Part shown: positions 1-12,990 of the stretch, piece after piece
How the letters are laid out: each line of letters starts with the position of its first letter
Numbering within the stretch: position 1 is the first letter of the stretch
Assembly (NCBI GenBank): GCA_038087875.1
Contig: JAXLNO010000401.1
Location: 1 to 34,212 of the forward strand
Origin: Malacoraja senta
Lineage: Eukaryota
Direction of reading: 5' to 3'
DNA: 34,212 nt
Program-made: the position numbers and the translations under genes
The notes under the pieces: generated by a model
What the model saw: the letters and a program-made list of their open reading frames with translations, nothing else
The model's database searches: none
What the model was told of the DNA's origin: nothing

Positions 1-127
1 AGGAACACAGCGGCTCAGGCAGCGAATGGACAGACAATTGTGTCGGGTCGGGACGCTTCAGAAAAGAGGGATGGGGGTGGGACATTATCACCGTCTATAT
101 TCTCTTGATTCCCCTTATCCCTAACCA

Positions 128-159
128 GTCTGAGGAAGGGTCTCGACCCGAAACGTCAC
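128..159 (+). ncRNA. Minimal hammerhead-like motif in a PLE terminal-repeat remnant (remnant spans ~128-222)
   Basis: gt CTGAGGA a GGGTC-TC-GACCC GAAAC GTC ac. Confidence 0.55.
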
Positions 160-229
160 CCATTCCTTCTCTCCAGAGATGCTGCCTGTCCCGCTGAGTT
201 ACTCCAGCCTTTTGTGTCTATCGTGACAA

Positions 230-580
230 GTGATAGGTGGATACAGCTGTGGGGGGTAACTGTGGCCGATGGGTGGAGTAAGTGCAGAGGCTTGAGGTGA
301 AAAAGAGACTCAAGTGCGTCAGATAAGGAGAGGAGAAAGCTGGAGGGTGAGGTAAGGGTGGGAGAGGAGAGGTGGGGGAGACAGGGATGAAAGAGTGGAA
401 AGGAGTAGGGTGACTTGGATAGAGGGAGCAATGGGAGCCTGCTGGGGTGGGACAGGAGAAGGGGAGGTGTGAAATGGAGAATTAAATGTACATACCAATG
501 GGTTGTAAGTTGTAAACGGATAGGAGGTGCTGTTCCTTTTTGTGTGTGGCCTCACTCTGGCAATGAAGGGACGCCAAGCC
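230..580 (-). mobile_element. Degenerate Penelope-like 3' fragment
   Basis: 475-575 resembles 12005-12110 (ggagaattcaatgttc...gaggtgc..ttcct); preceded by a purine-rich tract as in the 11880-11990 copy. Confidence 0.55.
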
Positions 581-659
581 ACTGGCACTCCAACTGTCCA
601 TTGCCTTTGATGTTCCCAATATGGCCTCTTTACATCAGCGAAACCAAGGGTCCACCTGT

Positions 660-1058
660 GTATGTGTGTCCTCTACCCTGTGTCCATGTGTGACTGTCCC
701 GTGTATGTGACCCATCCCTCTGTGTACACACGTGTGTGACTGTCCCGTGTATGTGACCCATCCCTCTGTGTACACACGTGTGTGACTGTCCCGTGTATGT
801 GACCCATCCCTCTGTGTACACACGTGTGTGACTGTCCCGTGTGTGTACACGTGTGTGACTGTCCCGTGTGTGTGACTGTCCCGTGTGTGTACACGTGTGT
901 GAATGTCCCGTATGTGTACACACGTGTGTGACTGTCCATGTGTGACCCGTCTGTGTGTACACGCTGTGTGACTGTCCCGTGTGTGTACACACGTGTGTGT
1001 ACACATGTGTGTGACTGTCCATGTGTGTACACACATGTGTGACTGTCCCGTGTGTGAT
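660..1058. repeat. GT-rich compound minisatellite (gtgtgtgactgtcccgtgt...acacac)
   Basis: Read directly; includes three ~46-bp higher-order units. Confidence 0.92.
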
Positions 1059-1144
1059 TCGTCACAGGTGATTGCGGGGTTTGGGGCTACCCCGTGGTCG
1101 GGATCAATGATGCCAGTGAGGGTATGCGTAGGTGCTGGCCGCGC

Positions 1145-1372
1145 CTCCCCTCCCCCCACCCCCTCCCCCACCCCCCTCCCCCACCCCACCCTCTCACCCC
1201 CTCCCCCCTCCCCTCCCCTCCCCCACCCCCTCCCCCCTCCCCTCCCCTCCCCCACCCCCTCCCCCCTCCCCTCCCCTCCCCCCCCCCCCCCTTCCCCCTC
1301 CCCTCCCCTCCCCACCCCCACCCTCTCACCCCCCCCCCCCCCCTTCTCACCCCCCCCCCCCACCCTCTCTCC
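1145..1372. repeat. C-rich low-complexity tract
   Basis: Runs of C separated by single T or A. Confidence 0.9.
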
Positions 1373-1408
1373 CTGCTCTACACACCCCGTGTTCTTGGTC
1401 TGCTGCAG

Positions 1409-1490
1409 GCTGCAGGAGTGGCGGGTCGACTGCGCTGGGGCCGGCTGCGCTGGTGTCCATAGCAATGGCCTCCGGAAGCCGGGCTCCAAG
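1409..1490 (+). CDS. Host-gene exon (GSTALGPAALVSIAMAS..KPGSK) with compensating +1/-1 indels
   Basis: ctgcag acceptor at 1403-1408, AAG|gtgagt donor at 1491. The conserved motif is in a shifted frame between ~1422 and ~1474. Confidence 0.8.
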
Positions 1491-4400
1491 GTGAGTGGAT
1501 GAGTGGGGAGGGGGAGGGGGAGGGGGAGGGGGATGGGTCAAGGGTTTGGACGTGCGGTGTCACAGCACCCAGGGGACGTCAGTGCTCCCTGTCCACTGCC
1601 CCGGCACAGAGCTGGCCAGTGGAGTCTCTCCCTCTGCATCAGGGAGAGACTCCTCCGCCTCCCCCTCCTACCCACGGGCTCTCCCCTCCCCTTGCCCTTG
1701 CTGTCCCTGGGGCAGTGTGTCCGACCGTACCCCTTCCCCCGGCCCCTGACACTTCCCCTCACCTCTGCACTTACAATTTCCCACCCTCCCCTTACTCTCC
1801 CTCCCACCCTTTTTAGAGGCTTTTAGCTAGGCAGAGATTGGTGGGATATGGACCACCTACAGGCAGATGGTCTCACTCTGGTACAGACATGGTAGGCCGA
1901 AGGGCCTGTCTCGTGCTGTGTTGTCCCATATTCTATCTATAACTTCTCAACCTATACCTTCCCCTCAGCCAATAATAAACCATTCCACAATTACTTGATC
2001 ATCATCTGCTTTGATTTGTCATTTTCACAATAGATAACAGACAATAGGTGCAGGAGTAGGCCATTCAGCCTTCGAGCCAGCACCACCATTCAATGTGATC
2101 ATGGTTGATCATCCCCAATCAGTACCCCGTTCCTGCCTTCTCCCCATATCCCCTGACCTCCGCTATCTTTAAGAGCCCTATCTAACTCTCTCTTGAAAGT
2201 ATCCAGAGAACCAGCCTCCACCGCCCTCTGAGGCAGAGAACTCTAGACTCACAACTCTCTGTGTGGAAAAGGGTTTCCTCGTCTCTGTTCTAAATGGCTT
2301 ACCCCTTATTCTTACCCCTGGTTGTGGACTCCCCCAAAATCAGGAACATGTTTCCTGCCTCTAACGTGTCCAAACCCTTAATAATCTTATATGTTTCAAT
2401 AAGATACCCTCTCATCCTTTCTAAATTCCAGAGTATACAAGCCCCAGCCACTCCATCCTCTCAGCATATGACAGTCCCGCCATCTCGGGAATTAACCTTG
2501 TAAACCTACGCTGCACTCCCTCAATAGCAAGAATGTCCTTGGTCCATATCCCTCCAAACCTGTCCTATCCATGTACCTGTCTAACTGTTTCTTAAACGTT
2601 GGGATAGTCCCAGCCTCAACTACCCCCTCTAGCAGCTTGTTCCATACACCCACCATAAAGTGTGGAAAAAGTTACCGCTCAGATTTATATTGAATCTTTT
2701 CCCCTTCTCCTTGAACCTATGTCCTCTGGTCCTCGACTCCCCTACTCTGGGCAAGAGATTGTGCGCATGTTCTGTCTCTGTCGGGCAGGGCAGGTGGGGA
2801 CGAGGGGTGATCAGGGGTTGCAGGCCTGTGGACTGCCACTTAGCGGTGATTCATTTGTTTACAGGTTATCATCTGCACAGACGGACGGGCTAACACCGTC
2901 CTGGGCAACCTGGAGGACATTGCAGAAGATAAGATTTACCAGTCCTCCAAGCTGTTCTACCAGGCACATGGCAGAGTACGCCATGAAGCAGGGGTAAGTC
3001 CACACAGTCATAGAGTGATACAGTGTGGAAACAGGCCCTTCGGCCCAACTTGCCCACACCGCCCAACGTCCCATCTGCACCACCATGGAACTTTATTTAT
3101 CCCAGGAGGGAAATTGGTCTGCCAACAGTCATAAAAACACCAGCTTCACCTCCTAGTCCCATTAAACACTAGTCCCACCTGCCTGCATTGGGCTCATTTC
3201 CCTCTAAACCTGTCCTATCCATGTACCTGTTCAAATGTTTCTTAAACGTTGTGATAGAACCTGCCTCAAGGTCCTCCTCTGGCAGCTCGTTCCATACACC
3301 CTTGTTGTGAAAAAAGTTACCCCTCGGGTTCCTATTCAATCTTTCCCCCCTCACCTTAAACCTATGTCCTCTGGTTCTCGAACAGAATATTGACAGTGCA
3401 GTCTTACCCAGAGTCTTTCGACTATAGAGATACAGCTTGCAAACAGGCCCTTGGCCCCACTGAGTCCGTGTCGGCCAGTGATATCCATACACTAGCACTG
3501 TCCTGCGCACACTAGGGACAATTTACAATTTTTACCAAAACCATTTGACCTGCAAACCTGCACGTCTTTGTGGTGTGGGAGGAAACCGGAGCATGCGGAG
3601 GAAACCCAGGTGGCCACAGGGACAACGTACAAACTCCGTAAGGTCAGCACCCGTAGTCAGGAACTAACCCGGGTCTCTGACGCTGTGAGGCAGCAGCTCT
3701 ACCCGCTGCGCCACCATGACACCCCGAGTCAGCGGAGCGGCCCCTCACACGGACAAGCTGCACCTCATCAATGTCCAAATCTGAGGAAGGACATTATTGC
3801 CATAGAGGGAGTGCAGAGAAGGTTCACCAGACTGATTCCTGGGATGTCAGGACTGTCTTATGAAGAAAGACTGGATAGACTTGGTTTATACTCTCTAGAA
3901 TTTAGGAGATTGAGAGGGGATCTTATAGAAACTTACAAAATTCTTAAGGGGTTGGACAGGCTAGATGCAGGAAGATTGCTCCCGATGTTGGGGAAGTCCA
4001 GGACAAGGGGTCACAGCTTAAGGATAAGGGGGAAATCCTTTAAAACCGAGATGAGAAGAACTTTTGCACACAGAGAGTGGTGAATCTCTGGAACTCTCTG
4101 CCACAGAGGGTAGTTGAGGCCAGTTCATTGGCTATATTTAAGAGGGAGCTAGATGTGGCCCTTGTGGCTAAAGGGATCAGAGGGTATGGAGAGAAGGCAG
4201 GTACGGGATACTGAGTTGGATGATCAGCCATGATCATATTGAATGGCGGTGCAGGCTCGAAGGGCCGAATGGCCTACTCCTGCACCTAATTTCTATGTTT
4301 CTATGTTTCTATGGCGCCCTGTCCAGGCAGGGGGCAGAGGTTGAAGGTGAGAGGGCAGGGATTAAAGGGAACTGAGGGGCAACATATATGGACGAGTAGG

Positions 4401-7400
4401 GGAGAGGCAGGTATAATGACAATAATCACAGGTACATGTACTACATGCAGACCATAGATTCTTTTTCAGTTTAGAGATACAGCGCAGAAACAGGCCCTTC
4501 GGCCCTCTGAGTCCGTGCTGACCAGCGATCCCTGCACACTGACACTATCCCACACACACTAGGCACAATTTTACATTTACACCGAGCCAATTAACCTACA
4601 AACCTGTACGTCTTTGGAGTGTGGGAGGAAACCGAAGATTTCGGAGACAACCCAGACACGTTACGGGGAGAACTTGCAAACTCCACACAGACACACCGGA
4701 TGGAACCCCGGTTTCTGGGCGCTGGCTGTTGTGTCGCCCTGAAATGTAAAGGGGTATGGACCAAATGACAGGCTAAATATAGTCCACGGGTGCTGGTCAG
4801 TTTGATCACCTTCAAGATGGTGCAGAAGAGATTTACTGCCTGGATTAGGCCGTTCTGAAGCTGGCTACGGGGAGAGCTTGGACAGACATGCATTGTCTTG
4901 TCTGGAACGAGAGGAGTCCTCATTGAAACGTACAGAACAGTGAAAGGCTTGGATAGAGTGGATGTGGAGCGGATGTTTCCACTAGTGGGAGAGTCTAGGA
5001 CTAGAGGTCATAGCCGCAGAATTAGAGGACGTTCTTTTAGGGAGGAGATGAAGAGAAATTTCTTTAGTCAGAGCGTGGTGAATCTGTGGAATGTTTTGCC
5101 ACAGGTGGCTGTAGAGGCCAAGTCAGTGGATATTTTGAACGCACAAATAGATATATTTTTGATTAGTACCTGTATGGGGTATGAGGTTATGGGGAGAAGG
5201 CAGGAGAATGGGGTTTGGAGGAGAGATAGATCAGCAATGATTGATGGCAGAGAAGACTTGATGGGCCGAATGGCCTAATTCTACTACGATCACTTATGAC
5301 CCTGTAGCCTGACAGAAATATATTAAATTATGAGAGGCATAGGTAGGGTAGACAGTCTGAACCGTTCCCCACAGGTGGAAATGTCAAAGACTAGAGGTGT
5401 TAGCTTTAAGGTGAGGTGGGGTAAAGTTTCAAGTAGAAGTGTGGGGTAAGTCTTTACAGACAGAGCCAGCTGCCTGGGGTGGTGGTGGTGGTGGTAGATC
5501 TGATAAAGGTGTTTAAGAGGCTTTTGGATATGTAGGGAATGGAGGGATAAGTTCATGAGCAAGCAGATGAGTTTAACTTGGCATCATGTCCAGCACAGAG
5601 TTGTGGGCCGAAGGGCCTGTTCCTCTGCTGGTCTGTGTTCTAATGGGGAGTGCTCGCTGGAGCGCAGTGTTTGCGTGGCGTGGAGGGGCAGGTTGTTGAC
5701 CAATCGTCCCGGGTCCACGATTCCAGCCACAATCCCGGCTATCCCGCTTCCGAAACCAATGGGGAAGGTCAAGGTCAGCCACATCCTTGCGGAGCGAGGG
5801 TTGGGGAATGCTGGTCCCGCACGCGAGCAGCTGGAAGAGGGGAAGTGGGATCTCCACCCTCAGAGACCCTCGCTGCCCTGAGCCAGTCCCTGTGTCACCC
5901 TCGCCTTGATCCTTCCCCACTGCAGGGTGATCATCTCAGTGTTGACCATCGAGGGCACCGACTGCAGATTGCTGGAGCTGGGACAGCTAGCGGATAAACC
6001 GGGGGCAAGGTGAGTGAGAAACAACCTGCAACTGGGGAAGAGGGGGGGGGTAGGAGGAGTGGGGGTTCTGGACGGCCTCAGGGGCAGGACTGACTGAAGT
6101 TTTGATACAAATGGATTGAAAGATACAACATGGAAACAGGCCCTTCAGCCCACTGAGTCCACACTGACTACTGATCACCCGCTCACACTAGCTCTGTCAT
6201 CCCACTTTCTCACCGTCTCTCTACACACTCGGGGTAATTTAGAGACCGATAACCCACCAACCCGCACGTCTTTGGGATGTGGGAGCAGCCAGGGGAGGAA
6301 CCCACGCGGTCACAGGGAGAACGTGCCAGCTCCACACAGACAGCACCCGAGGTCAGGGTCAAACACGTGTCTCTGGCGCTGTGAGGCAACGGCCCCACCC
6401 GCGGTGACACAGCGTCTGTTGTGTAGGAGCTAGATTTGTGTTTGATAATCCCAAGCTCGTGTCTGTTGGACATCTGGGGGAAGTGGGGAAGATGGGTCTG
6501 GAGAGGGCTCGGGGTGGGGTGAGAGGGCTCGGGGTGGGGGGTGAGAGGGCTCGGGGGGGTGGTGAGAGGGCTCGGGGTGGGGGGTGAGAGGGCTCAGGGT
6601 GGGGGGTGAGAGGGCTCGGGGTGGGGGGTGAGAGGGCTCGGGGTGGGGGGTGAGAGGGCTCGGGGTGGGGGCGGAGGGGGGTGAGAGGGCTCGGGGTGGG
6701 GGGTGAGAGGGCTCGGGGTGGGGGCGGAGGGGGGTGAGAGGGCTCGGGGGGGGTGAGAGGGCTCGGGGGGGGATGGAGAGGGCTCGGGGTGGGGGGTGAG
6801 AGGGCTCGGGTGGGGGGGTGAGAGGGCTCGGGTGGGGGGTGAGAGGGCTCGGGGGTGGGGGGTGAGAGGGCTCGGGGTGGGGGGTGAGAGGGCTCGGGGT
6901 GGGGGGTGAGAGGGCTCGGGGGTGGGGGGTGAGAGGGCTCGGGGGAAGATGGAGAGGGCTCGGGGTGGGGGTGAGAGGGCTCGGGGTGGGGGAGGAGAGG
7001 GCTCGGGGGGGAGAGGGCTCGGGGGGGGTGAGAGGGCTCGGGGGGTGCGGAGGGGGGGTGAGAGGGCTCAGGAGGGTGAGAGGGCTCGGGGGGGTGAGAG
7101 GGCTCGGGGGGTGGGGGGGAGGGGGGTGAGAGGGCTCGGGGGGGGATGGAGAGGGCTCGGGGTGGGGGGTGAGAGGGCTCGGGGGTGGGGAGAGGGCTCG
7201 GGGGTGGGGGAGGAGAGTGCTCGGGGGGAGAGGGCTCAGGGTGGGGGGTGAGAGGGCTCGGGGGGGGTGAGAGGGCTCGGGGTGGTGGGTGAGAGGGCTC
7301 GGGGTGGGGGGTGAGAGGGCTCGGGGTGGGGGGTGAGAGGGCTCGGGGTGGGGGCGGAGGGGGGGTGAGAGGGCTCGGGGGGGGATGGAGAGGGCTCGGG

Positions 7401-10400
7401 GTGGGGGGGTGAGAGTGCTCAGGGGGCGGAGGGCTCGGGGGAGGGCTCGGGGGGGGAGAGGGCTCGGGGGGGGCTCGGTGGGGTGAGAGGGCTCCGGGGA
7501 TGGGGGAGGGGCAGCTGTGTGCCGGGTTATTCACTAAGGATAAAGGAGGGAGCGGCTTTTTATTGTTCATTGTTTCTCCCACAGGTGACATCACCAACCC
7601 AGCCAGTCTATACAGCGAGTTTGAGCTGATTCTGGATGATGATGTGATTGCCACAAACGTCACCCTCACCTTCATTGCAGAGCGGGGCCTGTGAGTGGTC
7701 AGATACATGGATATGGAGGGAATGTGGGCAACAAATGCTGGAGTGACTCAGTAGCTCAGGCCGCATCTGTGGAGAAAAGGAATAGGTGATGTTTCAGGAC
7801 ATGACCCTTCTTCAACCTTTCAACCCAAGACGTCACCTATTCTTTCTCTCCAGAGATGCTGCCTGACCCGCTGAGTTACTCCGACTTTTGGTATCTATCT
7901 TTGGTGGAAACCAGCATCTGCAGTTCCCTCCTGCACTTTTTGGATTTGGAGGGATATGGATGACATGTAAGCTGAAGAGATTAGTTTCACTTGGTGTGGT
8001 GCTGGGCTTGGACATTGTTGTGTGAAGGGCCTGATCCTGTGCTGTACTGTTCTGTGTCTTAAGCTGAACAGGAGAGGTGGGGAGTGGAGCCAGAGAATAG
8101 AGTAAAGGGCCCGTCCCCACCAGCATGCGATTGCATGGATCTAGCGTGACCGAACGTGGTGGCTTGAGGCGTACGGCCTCGCGGGGCCGGTCCCACTTCG
8201 CATGGAGTTGTGCGGGCTGGTCCCGACATCAACTCACCAATCAGCTGGGCAGGAGGCGGGCCGACTGAATTTGGACGTCGCACGGCGTCAGGCGGTGACG
8301 TCATCATGCAACGGCACGCCGGGCCATGACGCCATCATGCAACGCCATGCGCTAGGCGTACGCCGTCAAGACGCTGTGTACGGCCTCAATGCCCCTGCGG
8401 GCCGACAGGTCGTTGGTGCGCAGAATATTCGGACAGTGCAGGATTGTCGGAGCCCCGCGCGATGTCGGGACCAGCCCCGCACAACTCCATACGGCTCCGC
8501 GGTTGTAAGTGGGACCGACCCCGCGCGGACGTACGCCTCAAGCGACCACGTTTGGTCGCGCTAGACGCATGCAATCGCATGTTGGTGGGACGGGCCCTCA
8601 AGTCATGTTGGCCGTGAACTCTGAACAGTGTGACAATTTATTCTCAGCTGTACTGATAGCGGAACCATGAAATACTTACCTGCTGCAGCAATACAGGCCT
8701 GTAAACAGATTCTACTCAGATAACATACAATAAATGTATAACCTCAATACTAGCTGAAAAGCCCCAAATCCTATGTGTAACCAAGGGTTGTTCATAGTTT
8801 TGTGGTGTACAAGAACTTCATGTTTCTTGGGAAGACGCTGTTCTTGAACCTGGAGGTTGTGGTTTTCAGGCTTTACATTCTCCCGATGGTAGGAGTGAAT
8901 TAAGAGCCCACCACATCCCGTCTGCTTTCCTCGCACACTCCGAAAGACGTAAGGTTTGTAGGTTAATTGGCTAGTGTGTATTAGGGATAATGTTAGTGTG
9001 CAGGGATCGCTGGTGGGCACGGACTCGGTGGGTCAAAGGGCCTGTTTCCGTGCTAAAGTAACGATCGCTGGTGACCATCCTGGGATCCGCGGGCACCCAT
9101 GTGTAGCTGCTGCCACAGGGCGTCTCTGCTCTCCGAGATGCATCGAGGTTGGGGCTTGGCAATCCCTCTGCTCTTCAGATACCTTAAGTCCTGCAGAAAA
9201 ATCCTTGTGCGTTTACCCGATCTATTCCTCTCAGGATTTTGTACACCTCTACAAGATCACCCCTCATCCTCCTCAACCGTTCTATATAGCTCAGGCCCTC
9301 AAGTCCTGGCAACGTCTTGATCAAAGATAGACACAAAAAACTGGAGTAACTCAGCGGGACAGGCAGCATCTCTGGAGAGAAGCAATGGGTGACGTTTCGG
9401 GTCGAGCTCCTTGGCCAGGTGGACTGAGGAATGGTTGATGGAATTTAATGCAGAATGATGTGAGGTTTGCATTGTGAAGATTCTAACATGGGCAGGACCT
9501 ACACAGCGAATGGTACGGCTCTGAGTAGTGTTGTAGAGCAGAGGGATCTAGGAGTGCAGGTGCATGGTTCCCTGAAGGTGGAGTCGCAGGTAGATCAGGT
9601 GATCTAAAAGGCTTGTGGCTCTTTGGCCCTCATCAGCCAGAATATTGAGTATAGAAGTTGGGAGGTCATGTTGCAGTTGTATACAACGTTGGTGAGACCA
9701 CATTTAAAGTATTGTGTTTAGTTCTGGGCACCGTGTTATAGGAAATATGTCAAGCTGGAAAGGGTACAGAGAAAATTTGCAAGGATATTGCCAGGACTCG
9801 AGGGTCTGAGCTATACGGAGAGGTTAAGTAAGCTGGGACTCTATTCCTTGGAACGCAGGAGGATGTGGGTGATCTTATAGAGGTGTATAAGATCATGAGA
9901 GGAATAGATCGGGTAGATGCACAGAGTCTCTTGTCCAGAGTAGGGGAATCGAGGACCAGAGGACATAGGTTTAAGATGAAGGGGAAAAGATCTGAGAGAG
10001 GTAACATTTTCACATAAAGGGTGGTGGGTGTATAGATCAAGCTGCCATAGGAGGTAGTTGAGGCAGGGACTATCCCGACACAAACAGTTAGACAGGTACA
10101 TGGATGGGACAGGTTTGGAGGGATACGGACCAAATTCTGGCAGGTGGGACTAGTGTAGCTGGGACATTTTGGCCAGTGTGGGCAGGTTGGGCCGAAGGGC
10201 CTGTTTCCACATTACATCACTCTATGACTATAATATCCTCGTAAATCTTCTCTGCACTCTTTCCAGCTTTACACCATATTTCCTATCACAGGTTGACCAA
10301 AACTGAACACAATACTTCAAATATGGCCTCGCCAATGTCTTATATAACTGTAACATAACCTCTCAGCTTCTGTACTCAATACATTGGCCATCCTATTCAC

Positions 10401-12936
10401 CTGTGACGCCACTTTCAAGGAACTATGTATCTGTGATCCTCCTGCTCCACAACACTCCCTTGAGCCCGACCCATTCACTGTGTAGGTCCTGCCCTGGTTA
10501 GACAGACAAAATGCAACACCTCACACTTAACTGTATTTTGGTTTGGAGATACAGGGCGGGAGCAGGCCCTTCGGCCCACCAAGTTCGCACCAACTAGCCA
10601 TCCCCGCACATTAACACTAGCCTACACACACTAGGGACAATTTACACTTATACCAAGTATACAAACCCAAGCCAATCAACCTATAACCTGTACGTCTTTG
10701 GAGTGTGGGAGGAAACCGAAGATCTCGGAGAAAACCCACGCGGTCACGGGGAGAAGGTACAAACTCCGTACAGACAGAGCCCGTAGTTGGGATGGAACCC
10801 GGGTCTCTGGCGCTTCAAGTGCTGTAAGGAAGCAACTCTACTGCTGCTCCACCGTGCCTCCCGTTTAATTTTAATTCATCTCCATTAACCATTCCAGAGC
10901 CCACCCGCCCAAGCGATCACATCATCTTCCAGAACGAGAAGGTTGTACCTTCTCCCTGGTTACACTCTTGTTTTTCAAATAAGTAAAACCATCGCTGGTA
11001 TTTTCTTTAATCCGACTGGTGAGAGCCATTTTGTGAACCCTTGGGCTCTTCCAATCGCCCACTTGAGTTCTTTCCTCCTTTCTTTATATTCCTTAAAGCC
11101 CCTGTCTGATTCCGCCCTCTTAAACCTTCCTGTTTCTATGCCACCAAATTCACAATCTGTGTGGGCATCCAAGGTTCCCTGACTTTGCCATCCTTCTCCC
11201 TTCTCCCTTCTCCTCACGTGCTGGGTATCAACTTTGATCAACTGGCCTTTACACGACTTACACACTCCCACAACTGCTCCCAGTCAACCCTCCCGAGCTC
11301 CTGCCCAATAACATTGGAATTTGCCGTACTCCAATTTACAAGTTCACAAGTATTAGGCATAGAATTAGGCCATTCAGCCCATCGAGTCCATGCTGCCATT
11401 CAATCGTGGCTGATCTCTGCCTCCGAATCCCATTTTCCTGCCTTCTCGCTATAACCCTTGACACCCGTTCTAAGCACGAATATGTCTATCTCTACCTTAA
11501 AAATATCCACTGACTTAGCTTCCACAGCCCTCTGTGGCAATGAGTTGCACAGATGAACTACCCTCTGACTAAAGAAGTTCCTCCTTACCTCCTTTCTAAA
11601 AGAGTGCCCTTTAATTCTGAGGCTATGACCTCTGGTCCTCGACTCTCCCTCCAGTGGAAACATCCTTTCCCCATTCACTCTGTGCCTTTCATTATTCTGT
11701 GTGTTTCAATGAGTTCCAATTAGGCACCTTCCCGCAAGTTCCAGTATTCTCCCCATTCAAAACAATCTTAAAACTTATGGAAGGTACACAAAAATGCTGG
11801 AGAAACTCAGCGGGTGCAGCAGCATCTATGGAGCGAAGGAAATAGGTAACGTTTCGGGCCGAAACCCTTCTTCAGACTGATAGGGGGTGGGGAGAAGAAA
11901 GGAAAAAAGGAAAAGGCGGAGGAGGAGCCCGAGGGCTGGGGGAGGGGAGGAGACAACCAGATGGCTGATGAAGGGGAGGGGACAGCAAGGGCTAGCAGAA
12001 TTGGGAGAATTCAATGTTCAAACCCCCAGGATGTAGACTGCCCAAGCGGAATTTGAGGTGCATTTCCTCCAATTTCCGGTGTTGCTCGCTGTGGCCATGG
12101 AGGAGACCCAGGACAGAGAGGTCAGATACGGAATGGGAGGGGGAGTTGAAGTGCTGAGCCACCGGGAGGTCAGGTTGGTTATTGCGGACCGACCGGAGGT
12201 GTTCGGCGAAACGATCGCCAAGCCTCCGCTTGGTCTCACCGATGTAGATCAGCTGGCATCTAGAGCAGCGAATGCAATAGATGAGGTTGGAGGAGATGCA
12301 GGTGAACCTCTGTCGCACCTGGAACGACTGCTTGGGTCCTTGAATGGAGTAGAGGGGGGAGGTGAAGGGACAAGTGTTGCATCTCTTGCGGTTGCAAGGG
12401 AAAGTACCAGGGGAGGGGGTGGTATGGGAGGGAAGGGAAGAATTGACAAGGGAGTTACGGAGGGAGCGGTCTTTGCGGAAGGCAGACATGGGGGGAGATG
12501 GGAAGATGTGGCGAGTGGTGGGGTCACGTTGGAGGTGGCGAAACTGACGGAGGATCACTTGTTGTATGTGACGGCTGGTGGGGTGAAAGGTGAGGACTAG
12601 GGGGACTCTGCCCTTGTTGTGAGTGGGGGGATGGGGAGAGAGAGCAGTGTTGCGGGGTATGGCAGAGACCCTGGTGCGAGCCTCATCTATGGTGGAGGAG
12701 GGGAACCCCCGTTCCCTGAAGAATAAAACTTATGGAGTTGTGATTAGCAAGTTTGCAGATGTCAAAACTTGCAGCATAATCATGTAAGGCATTTGATAAA
12801 GTTCCCCATTGTAGGCTGAATCAGAAGATGCATGGAATTAACGGTGACTTGCTTCTTTGGAATGTGAACCGCCTTGCTAATAGAAGGCAAAGGCTTGTGG
12901 TGTGGAAGGACAAGATTCAGGCTGGAGGTGTGTGAG

Positions 12937-12990
<54 letters not shown>

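Larger units (their letters stand above)
11782..12723 (-). mobile_element. 5'-truncated Penelope-like element (Neptune-type) with 13-bp TSD
   Basis: TAAAACTTATGGA at 11769-11781 and 12724-12736; GIY-YIG ORF followed by a terminal repeat containing a hammerhead core. Confidence 0.92.

Noticed and set aside
1068..1121. Possible extra exon (cacag...gtatgc)
   Set aside because: Splice-like ends, but no frame gives a peptide I can tie to the family; unresolved given local sequence quality
630..1563. Overlapping His/Thr-, Pro- and Gly-rich ORFs
   Set aside because: Products of simple repeats; only 1409-1490 shows coding signal
6359..7708. 449-aa Pro-rich ORF
   Set aside because: Translation of the G-rich minisatellite, antisense to a real exon
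12058..12600. 180-aa + strand ORF
   Set aside because: Antisense shadow of the Penelope GIY-YIG frame
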